In this document: positions 1-10,300 of the stretch, one piece after another
How the letters are laid out: each line of letters opens with the position of its first letter
How positions within the stretch are numbered: the stretch's first letter is position 1
DNA from: Nemertoderma westbladi
Lineage: Eukaryota; Animalia; Xenacoelomorpha
Reading direction: 5' to 3'
Assembly: GCA_032718475.1 (NCBI GenBank)
Contig: JAUCBJ010006665.1
Coordinates: 28,953-92,952 of the forward strand
DNA: 64,000 nucleotides
Made by a program: the position numbers and the translations under genes
The notes under the pieces: generated by a model
Told to the model about the DNA's origin: nothing
The model's input: only the letters and a program-made list of their open reading frames with translations
Database searches by the model: none

Positions 1-1439
1 TGGAACATAATTTGGAAATTTTTTCAAGTGTTTTGGTTATATTAAGGTATAAATAATATCAGCTATAATGGTGATTAATACCTCGGATGAGCAGTGCGCA
101 GACTAAAATGTGCTTTACTTATTATAGGCGCAATATACAGAAACGTAAACGTGACTAAAACATGGAAAAAAAGTGAGTCCATAGTGTAATTATATTTCTA
201 CTGAATGAAATCTCAAAATAAAATGTTACAGGTAGATATTTTCATCAGGAATCTGGGAAACGATGTTTACTATAAGCCAGCATAGGCTACTTGAAACCAT
301 AAACGATGATTTATAAGTTAAACCTTTGTCTTTAAATTTAATGAAACATCGTAAACATCATGAAATAAGAAAGACGTATTATAGTTAATACACAGGATCT
401 TCTAGAACACTTTATTTTCTACTATACTTCCCCTTGGGATCTAAAATGTCCCCAATGGAAAAACAAAACATAATATTAGCAATTAATTGTGGTTTCAGCC
501 AATCCTCCTAATTATTTTTTATAGAATCTGTTATAAACAACTTTACAAATTCATCGAAAAGTTTCAAGATATGAGTTTGAAGGGTTTCGGATCGAGACAT
601 AAAACAATAAACTGTCCCCTCCTGTAACCAGCGTTACATCCAATGGCATTGCCACATATAATTGGTACCTCAGTGAAACAATTAAAGTTCGATGCTTTCT
701 TTTGATGTATAATGTTCATAATGCAACATTTATAATGTGTGTTTGGTAGTGTCAGTCGTACCGTACCATACTGCCCAGCACATAACCCAGCCTGTAATAG
801 CGTTCCCATTATATTTACATGCAGGGTTACAAGCAACGCCGTAACCAATTATCCTTCGAAATGTGTTAAAATAATGAGTGTACAGGAAGGGACAAGCAGT
901 TATATTATTTTTATAGATCATATTTAAGGTCGACCAATACTCGCATTGAATTCTACTGACTCTGAGCTTTCAGAATATCATGTTGGGTTTTGAGAAACTT
1001 TATATTTTACAAATGAATGACTCTAGTTTGGCAACTTTTCTGTATAACTCCCCATAATGTATAATAATTACATTATTATTACTAGATTATTTTAATCTTT
1101 CTAAAATATTCATAATAATATTCATATTAACTATAATATTCATAATATTTTACATAATATAATAAAATATATTAATTAACATTAAGGTAAATGTGTAAAT
1201 GAGAAATACAACAATAAAGTTACGAGAGCACGTATAATGCACCAATGTAAACTGAAACTAAATACACACATCAACTTTACTGTTATTTAATTATTGTCAA
1301 CTCTGAATAAAAACCGGAAGGTAATTTATTAATAGCATCTCACTCCATGTCCTAAACTCTGATCATTAATTATCCGTTGTTTGGGTAAAGTGAGCAACCG
1401 ACCTATTATATCCACGAGTGTTAGTCATTCATCCATCTG

Positions 1440-1610
1440 CGATATATTGTCGCAGCAGACTAACTGCTGTGAGAGGTCCCGGGTTCGACCCGGGGTTGAG
1501 ACACTTCCTATGGAAACTCTGCTTCTGCTTGAAGTTGTAAATAAAGGGTTGCATATAGGCCAGGATTGTTAAACATTCGTTTTAAAAGTGACGTCTGCCT
1601 TTATAGGTAA
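1440..1610 (+). mobile_element. Possible tRNA-derived SINE remnant
   Basis: gaggtcccgggttcgacccg resembles a tRNA T-arm/B-box; no full cloverleaf. Confidence 0.35.
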
Positions 1611-1926
1611 CTACCAAGAGAGAAGAGCTTTCGTATTGTATTCTGGTGTTCAGGCAACTTTAATAAAGACGTAACTTTATAATTCACGTGATACTAGCTC
1701 AGGTTTTTGAGCCGCATACAAGGCTTACAGAGGCCGCCACTTTGTGTCTCATCGTTGTATAAATTCATAAATTCACACTCTTACCTCTAACAAGTAGCGG
1801 GGCTTTAACTAAAACCTAAACAATAAGCTTTAAATTTATTGTGACAAAATAAAATAGACTTCCTATAACCCGGAATTCAAATCATAGTAGACGCGCATCC
1901 CAATCAATCACAGTATGAAACTTAGC

Positions 1927-2150
1927 GGGTCAGAGTAAAGCGCGGATCCGGATCCGGATTCTACATTTAACATTGTCCCTACGGAAGTCGATTTTTTTAC
2001 ATTTTTATAACTCCCAAAAATAAAACTATAACATGTTCTATTGACTTTAGTTTATTGTTTTGGTTAAAATAACGTGCCACTGTAACCTGCTCCTTTCCCT
2101 TAATGGATAATTTTGGAATCCGGATCCGGATCCGCGTTTTACACCTACCC
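1927..2150. mobile_element. Small MITE with ~35-bp TIRs
   Basis: gggtcagagtaaagcgcggatccggatccggattc against gaatccggatccggatccgcgttttacacctaccc. Imperfect 9-bp flank repeat aaacttagc/taatttagc. Confidence 0.7.
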
Positions 2151-3573
2151 TAATTTAGCTTGCTTTATATATTAAACGCGTTTACGTGTGTCACACAGGG
2201 ATGCGAGTCAGGAAATGTAAGAAATTTCCTAGATATTTTTCGGGAAATTTCCTATCTCACTAATTTATTATATAAAGTTTACTTTTAATAGTTAATATTT
2301 ACAGAAATATCATATGATTAATTGTATAAAATAGTAATAATAAGATTTTAACTAAAATTGTTATTGTTGTTATTATTGTTATTGTGACTTTGTTTTTTGT
2401 CAATTTCATTATTAAGTATGTTTTATATTGAACGCAATTAATACATTTTAAAAATTAACTTCACAATGTAATACCTCCTGCTATTTTGCCAGTTTATTCA
2501 TATTGAAACCCTAGAAAGTAAACCCTAGACTGAACCCTAGAAACGTAAGTGATTCCTGCTTAGTGGTGTTTAGGTGGTTCGTTGTCTTGGTTCTTGGGTC
2601 GTAACTACGGGGGAAATATACTCTTCTGGAAAATTCATTGAAAAAATATATTTCCGGAAAACTCACACCCAGTCTCCAATCAACAATGAACCAGTCGCAC
2701 TGCCGCTAATCTTAGTATTTAAATGTCTTGTTACCGATGGAAACAGTTTCATTTGTTCAACTTAGTTAAATAAAGCCGGTTAAAATGTGAATTACTTAAT
2801 AGTTTATTAAACTGGATTAGCACAATAAATAAATAGTAAAACTATACAGAAACGCTACATAGGTTTAGTACAACCAATATAGGAACAAACTAATAGTAAT
2901 ATGGATAATAAATAACAACACAACGGATTCTGTAGAGAAAATAAGAGCTGTCCGGGAATTAAAGTGGTTTCACTCGAAAATAAATGTAATATTAATAATA
3001 ATGACAATTATAACTGGCGGTTATTAACTTGTATCACTGAATGGTAGCGAACTGTGTAGGAGGTGTTGCAATGAATACTAGCGTCGAGTGCCTGAAATGT
3101 ATGGTTCACTGAAAATATATTATTTAATGCAATTCAGTTTGAATACGATGGCGTTTTTAGTTACAAAATCTCAAAAATTGTGGAGATTTGTTATTTTACA
3201 AAAACAAATTTCGTGCTCAATGTGAATAGCATTTCCATGGAAACCCCAATATGTAAACTCCATTTATTCAATCTTACTCCATATGGAAACACCATTGAAT
3301 AACCTCCGAAAAACTAAGCTAAAAGCTGAAAAAATTATGCTACTCCTGTAAAACAGAGTAAATCTAAAACTCGGCAAGTTAAAAACGATTTATGTGGGGA
3401 AATATTCAATCTATAAACTGGATCAAAGTTGGAAAAGTGCTAAACATTGATTAGTGTTTATTTATTCTTTATTTCCATGGCGACGTCAAGATGACTAATA
3501 CCGTGTGATAGAGTAACCAAGGTGATCAGAGTCTACGCAGATTGCAACCCATTTATCGGTTGTTATGGGAGAT

Positions 3574-3690
3574 TCAACCAGCGCAAGTTGGTCCCAACTC
3601 GATACGATATTGGTGCATATTGGAAATCCCGTGGAAATGTACGAACGCCGCCACAACAACCAGTACATGAAAGAACTGGTGACTCTGAAA
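3574..3690 (-). CDS. ADIPOR: Adiponectin receptor (PAQR family), last coding exon (8)
   Basis: Acceptor ttttag at 3691-3696. Translates FQSHQFFHVLVVVAAFVHFHGISNMHQYRIELGPTCAG*, with the PAQR HxxxH zinc motif. TGA at 3574-3576; AATAAA on minus near 3458-3467. Confidence 0.95.
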   Translation of the reverse strand, partial: FQSHQFFHVLVVVAAFVHFHGISNMHQYRIELGPTCAG

Positions 3691-3824
3691 CTAAAACATA
3701 GAAAATATGATATAATAAAAGTAAAAATAGAATAAAACAATATCTAAACTGATTTACTCATGTTGATATGTCCGCATTAATGATACAGCTACTCTAAGTA
3801 AGAATTAAAATAAAATAATAAAAT

Positions 3825-4887
3825 GGATCTAGGACACTTCCCCCCCGGACACTCCCCCCCCCCCCCCCCGGACACTTCCCCCCCGGACACTTCCCCCCCG
3901 GACACTTCCCCCCCAGTTAAAGTGTTAAAATTAATCTGGGTGCATCAAAGCAATAAACAAAAGTTAAAGATGGTTACAGGACAAGTTGTATCTAGACAAG
4001 TTTTTTCAAAATTATAAAAAAAACATTTTTATAGTCAAATTTTGTTTGCTTTTCTTTTAATTAAGGGCTGCCGCCCCCAAACCCCGCTTATTTTCTTGGG
4101 GGCTGCCGCCCCCAAACCCCCGCTTATTTTCTTGGGGGCTGCCGCCCCCAAACCCCCGCTTATTTTCTTGGGGGTTATCGCCCCCAGACACCGGCATTTC
4201 CCTGAGTGCCCGTGGTGAAAGACTTAAGACCATTTTGAAATAATTAATTCATGTTTGTATCATCAGATAATAAATTGACTAAGCCTAAAGTAGGAGCTGT
4301 ATTGAATGTTAACCAATTTAATATATAAATTACTACAATATTATATAATTCAACAAAATCCTATTAAAAGTATTGCAAGTAACCAGGAAATTTAATATGT
4401 AGTGTGTATAATATCTATATAGTATGTATAGTAGTAATATGTATATCAATATGTAACTTTGCTGAACACAGAATACAGGTCGACGCATGTCGATTTTACC
4501 CTGGAGAGGTATAATTTTGATTGCAACAATAATATTCATCCTCATCTGCTACAATTTGAAGAAGACTATTACATAATAATACCTATAATTAAAACAATTA
4601 ATTATTATAATTCTATAGTTAATAAAAACAGTATATCATTCCGGGGATGGAATTTATAGGTCATCTAATATAATTAATTGTTTAAAGATTAGCAATTAGC
4701 ATCGGGATGCAAAAGATTACTTTCTGAGCTACGAAAGGAAAATTGGATACAACTTATCTGGATACAAGCGGTCCGTTTACCTTACAAAATGAAAAATACG
4801 AATGTGCGAAGTTAAGAACAGTCGGGGGGGGGGGGGGGGGGGGGGTGTCTGGGAGGGAAGTGTCCGGGGGGGAAGTGTCCGAACACC
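3825..4887. mobile_element. MITE with GG termini, subterminal ggacacttccccccc repeats and 8-bp TSD, in the last AdipoR intron
   Basis: Inverted ggacacttccccc/ggggaagtgtcc arrays. AATAAAAT at 3817-3824 and 4888-4895. Internal ~36-bp tandem repeat (x3) at 4065-4185. Confidence 0.85.
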
Positions 4888-4944
4888 AATAAAATTCTAA
4901 AATTTTTAAAACTAGTAAAACAATTACTTCCCACATTAACTCAC

Positions 4945-5138
4945 CATCAGGTCGCATTTCCCGGGAAAGAATCTCTCAGGTATTCGAACAGCGTAGATTA
5001 CAGCGCCCCCGATATATAGCAAGGCCATTAGTAGAAGCCAACCCATTGCGCCAACTGTGACGGCCTTGTAGAACCCATCGGTGATAATATAGTGAATACC
5101 GGGGATAACGCCAGATAGACCCAGAGCAATGAATGTTC
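4945..5138 (-). CDS. ADIPOR: Adiponectin receptor exon 7
   Basis: (G)TFIALGLSGVIPGIHYIITDGFYKAVTVGAMGWLLLMALLYIGGAVIYAVRIPERFFPGKCDLM, containing the AdipoR RIPERFFPGK motif. Donor gtgagt at 4939-4944, acceptor ag at 5139-5140; phases fit both neighbours. Confidence 0.95.
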
Positions 5139-6876
5139 CTAAATGTAAGATAACTACAGATAGACCCAGAGCAATGAATGTTCCTAAATGTAAGATAACT
5201 ACAGATAGACCCAGAGCAATGAATGTTCCTATAATGTAAGATAACTAACTACAGATAGACCCAGAGCAATGAATGTTCCTAAATGTAAGATAACTACAGA
5301 TAGACCCAGAGCAATGAATGTTCCTATAATGTAAGATAACTACAGATAGACCCAGAGCAATGAATGTTCCTATATTGTAAGATAACTACAGATAGACCCA
5401 GAGCAATGAATGTTCCTATAATGTAAGATAACTACAGATAGACCCAGAGCAATGAATGTTCCTATAATGTAAGATAACTACAGATAGACCCAGAGCAATG
5501 AATGTTCCTAAATGTAAGATAACTACAGATAGACCCAGAGCAATGAATGTTCCTATAATGTAAGATAACTAACTACAGATAGACCCAGAGCAATGAATGT
5601 TCCTAAATGTAAGATAACTACAGATAGACCCAGAGCAATGAATGTTCCTATAATGTAAGATAACTACAGATAGACCCAGAGCAATGAATGTTCCTAAATG
5701 TAAGATAACTACAGATAGACCCAGAGCAATGGATGTTCCTATAATGTAAGATAACTACAGATAGACCCAGAGCAATGAATGTTCCTAAATGTAAGATAAC
5801 TACAGATAGACCCAGAGCAATGAATGTTCCTATAATGTAAGATAACTACAGATAGACCCAGAGCAATGAATGTTCCTATAATGTAAGATAACTAACTACA
5901 GATAGACCCAGAGCAATGAATGTTCCTAAATGTAAGATAACTACAGATAGACCCAGAGCAATGAATGTTCCTATAATGTAAGATAACTACAGATAGACCC
6001 AGAGCAATGAATGTTCCTATAATGTAAGATAACTACAGATAGACCCAGAGCAATGAATGTTCCTATATTGTAAGATAACTACAGATAGACCCAGAGCAAT
6101 GAATGTTCCTAAATGTAAGATAACTACAGATAGACCCAGAGCAATGAATGTTCCTATAATGTAAGATAACTACAGATAGACCCAGAGCAATGAATGTTCC
6201 TATAATGTAAGATAACTACAGATAGACCCAGAGCAATGAATGTTCCTATATTGTAAGATAACTACAGATAGACCCAGAGCAATGAATGTTCCTATAATGT
6301 AAGATAACTACAGATAGACCCAGAGCAATGAATGTTCCTATAATGTAAGATAACTACAGATAGACCCAGAGCAATGAATGTTCCTAAATGTAAGATAACT
6401 ACAGATAGACCCAGAGCAATGAATGTTCCTATAATGTAAGATAACTACAGATAGACCCAGAGCAATGAATGTTCCTATAATGTAAGATAACTACAGATAG
6501 ACCCAGAGCAATGAATGTTCCTATAATGTAAGATAACTACAGATAGACCCAGAGCAATGAATGTTCCTAAATGTAAGATAACTACAGATAGACCCAGAGC
6601 AATGGATGTTCCTAAATGTAAGATAACTACAGATAGACCCAGAGCAATGAATGTTCCTATAATGTAAGATAACTACAGATAGACCCAGAGCAATGAATGT
6701 TCCTATAATGTAAGATAACTACAGATAGACCCAGAGGAATGAATGTTCCTATAATGTAAGATAACTACAGATAGACCCAGAGTAATGAATGTTCCTATAA
6801 TGTAAGATAACTACAGATAGACCCAGAGCAATGAATGTTCCTATAATGTAAGATAACTACAGATAGACCCAGAGCA
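5113..6876 (-). repeat. 45/46/50-bp tandem array (~38 copies) made of the AdipoR exon 7 acceptor plus exon start
   Basis: Minus-strand unit gtagttatcttacat(t/ta)tag+GAACATTCATTGCTCTGGGTCTATCT. The terminal copy is the real exon start (5113-5138). Confidence 0.97.
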
Positions 6877-6882
6877 AAAGCA

Positions 6883-7020
6883 GGGCGAGCCACGAAGTTG
6901 GCGGAGCTTTAGCGTACTGATACTGTTAGGGGTGAGTCAATTATGGCAAATAGTTGCTGTCGTCGATGTTACCATTTTGCCACGCTAATAACTTCGTCGG
7001 ATTTAAATTTTTTCTACTAT
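6883..7020 (+). mobile_element. 5' fragment of a Helentron/HINE-like non-autonomous element
   Basis: gggcgagccacgaagttggcggagc...tgttagggg...gcaaatagttg..gtcgtcg is near-identical to the reverse complement of about 22890-22968. Confidence 0.6.
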
Positions 7021-7074
7021 TATTATTAATTGACAACAAGCATACGTATATGTTATTGTTGAATTGTACATTAA

Positions 7075-7310
7075 CTATAATCTAGCTAGCAATCGCTCCA
7101 TTACGGCAAATGCTTTACTCAGATACAAAGCAGCTACGTTTTTAAATCAGGTTAATAATGCCTTAAATTTATATAGCGATGGGTTTATAGTATAATACCG
7201 CCCTAAATAAGTTTGCCTTATATTTGAGTAAGCAGGACACACAAGCAGAAAGTCTTCTACTTCCCTTAAGTTATAAATTTTACACACCCGATCCCATACA
7301 GCTCTGTGCA
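7075..7310 (-). mobile_element. Degenerate LINE ORF2 C-terminal (CCHC) fragment
   Basis: DRVCKIYNLREVEDFLLVCPAYSNIRQTYLGRYY..PSLYKFKALL resembles the RxCxxC..VEDExHFLxxCPxYxxxR end of non-LTR retrotransposon ORF2. Confidence 0.7.
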
Positions 7311-10300
7311 CCAAGTGAGAGTCGCGTGAGTACCGACTTGTAAACCAATTGAGTGCCGACTTGTAAACCAAGTGAGTGCCGACTTGTAAACCACGTGAGT
7401 GCGGACTTCTAAATCAAGTGAGTGCCGACTTGTGAACCAAGTGAGTGCCGCCGACTTGTGAACCAAGTGATTGCCGACTTGTAAACCACGTGAGTGCCGA
7501 CTTGTAAATCAAGTGAGTGCCGACTGGTGAACCAAGTGAGTGCCTACTTCTGAACCAACTGATTGCCGAATTGTAAACCACGTGAGTGCCGACTTCTAAA
7601 TCAAGTGAGTGCCGACTTGTAAACCAAGTGAATGCCGACTTGTAATCCACGTGAGTGTGAACTTCTAAATCAAGTGAGTGCCGACTTGTAAACAAAGTGA
7701 GTGCCGCCGACTTGTGAACCAAGTGATTGCCGACTTGTAAACAACTTGAGTGCCGACTTATAAATCAAGTGAGTGCCGACTTGTGAACCATGTGATTGCC
7801 GACTTGTAGACCACGTCGTGAGTGCCGACTTCTAAATCAAGCAAGTGCCGACTTGTAAACCAAGTGAGTTCCGACTTGTAATCCACGTGAGTGCGGACTT
7901 CTAAATCAAGTGAGTGCCGACTTGTGAACCAAGTGAGTGCCGCCGACTTGTGAACCAAGTGATTGCCGACTTGTAAACCACGTGAGTGCCGACTTGTAAA
8001 TCAAGTGAGTGCCGACTGGTGAACCAAGTGAGTGCCTACTTCTGAACCAACTGATTGCCGAATTGTAAACCACGTGAGTGCCGACTTCTAAATCAAGTGA
8101 GTGCCGACTTGTAAACCAAGTGAATGCCGACTTGTAATCCACGTGAGTGTGAACTTCTAAATCAAGTGAGTGCCGACTTGTAAACAAAGTGAGTGCCGCC
8201 GACTTGTGAACCAAGTGATTGCCGACTTGTAAACAACTTGAGTGCCGACTTATAAATCAAGTGAGTGCCGACTTGTGAACCATGTGATTGCCGACTTGTA
8301 GACCACGTCGTGAGTGCCGACTTCTAAATCAAGCAAGTGCCGACTTGTAAACCAAGTGAGTTCCGACTTGTAATCCACGTGAGTGCGGACTTCTAAATCA
8401 AGTGAGTGCCGACTTGTGAACCAAGTGAGTGCCGCCGACTTGTGAACCAAGTGATTGCCGACTTGTAAACCACGTGAGTGCCGACTTGTAAATCAAGTGA
8501 GTACCGACTGGTGAACCAAGTGAGTGCCTACTTCTGAACCAACTGATTGCCGAATTGTAAACCACGTGAGTGCCGACTTCTAAATCAAGTGAGTGCCGAC
8601 TTGTAAACCAAGTGAATGCCGACTTGTAATCCACGTGAGTGTGAACTTCTAAATCAAGTGAGTGCCGACTTGTAAACAAAGTGAGTGCCGCCGACTTGTG
8701 AACCAAGTGATTGCCGACTTGTAAACAACTTGAGTGCCGACTTATAAATCAAGTGAGTGCCGACTTGTGAACCATGTGATTGCCGACTTGTAGACCACGT
8801 CGTGAGTGCCGACTTCTAAATCAAGCAAGTGCCGACTTGTAAACCAAGTGAGTTCCGACTTGTAATCCACGTGAGTGTGGACTTCTAAATCAAGTGAGTG
8901 CCGACTTGTAAACCACGTGGGTGTGGACTTCCAAATCAAGTGAGTGCCGACTTGTAAACCAAGTGAGTGCCGACTTGTAAATAAAGTGAGTGCCAACTTG
9001 TAAACCAAGTTAGTGCCGACTTTTAAATCGAGTGAGTGCCGACTTGTGAACCAAGTGAGTTCCGATTTATGAACCAAGTGAGTGCCGACTTGTGAACCAA
9101 GTGAGTGCCGATTTGTAAACCACGTGAGTGCCGACTTCTAGATCAAGTGAGTGCCGACTTGTAAACCACGTGAGTGTGGACTTCTAAATCAAGTGAGTGC
9201 CGACTTGTAAACCGCGTGAGTGCCGACTTCTAAATCAAGTGAGTGCCGACTTGTAAACCACGCGAGTGTGGATTTCTAAATCAAGTGAGTGCCAACTTGT
9301 AAACCGAGTGAGTGCCGACTTCTAAATCAAGTGAGTGCCGACTTGTAAACCACGTGAGTGTGGACTTCTAAATCAAGTGAGTGCCGACTTGTAAACCACG
9401 TGAGTGTGGACTTCTAAATCAAGTGAGTGCCGACTTGTAAACCACGCGAGTGTGGACTTCTAAATCAAGTGAGTGCCAACTTGTAAACCGAGTGAGTGCC
9501 GACTTGTAAATAAAGTGAGTGCCGACTTGTAAACCAAGTTAGTGCCGACTTTTAAATCGAGTGAGAGCCGACTTGTGAACCAAGTGATTGCCGACTTGTA
9601 AACCACGTGAGTACCGACTTCTAAACCACGTGAGTGTGGACTTCGAAATCAAGTGAGTGCCGACTTGTAAACCACGCGAGTGTGGACTTCTAAATCAAGC
9701 GAGTGCCAACTTGTAAACCAAGTGAGTGCCGACTTTTAAATCAAGTAAGTGCCGACTTCTAAATCAAGTGAGTGCCGACTTGTAAACCAAGTGAGTACCG
9801 ACTTGTAAACCAAGTGAGTGCCGACTTGTAAACGAAGTGAGTGCCGACTTGTGAACCAAGTGAGTGCCGACTTGTAAACCACGTGAGTGTGGACTTCTAA
9901 ATCAAGTGAATGCCGACTTGTAATCCGCGTGAGTGTGGACTTCTAAATCAAGTGAGTGCCGACTTGTAAACGACGCGAGTGTGGACTTCTAAATAAAATG
10001 AGTGCCAACTTGTAAACCGAGTGAGTGCCGACTTCTAAATCAAGTGAGTGTCGACTTCAACATCAAGTGAGTGCCGACTTTGAGTGCCGACTTGTAAACC
10101 AAGTGAATGCCGACTTGTAATCCACGTGAGTGTGAACTTCTAAATCAAGTGAGTGCCGACTTGTAAACAAAGTGAGTGCCGCCGACTTGTGAACCAAGTG
10201 ATTGCCGACTTGTAAACAACTTGAGTGCCGACTTATAAATCAAGTGAGTGCCGACTTGTGAACCATGTGATTGCCGACTTGTAGACCACGTCGTGAGTGC

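Noticed and set aside
1470-1500. tRNA gene
   Set aside because: Only a T-arm/B-box-like segment, with no acceptor stem or D-arm. Treated as a possible SINE remnant.
2505-2545. Three aaccctag units resembling telomeric repeat
   Set aside because: Only three interrupted copies; more likely subrepeats of a decayed MITE around 2200-2670.
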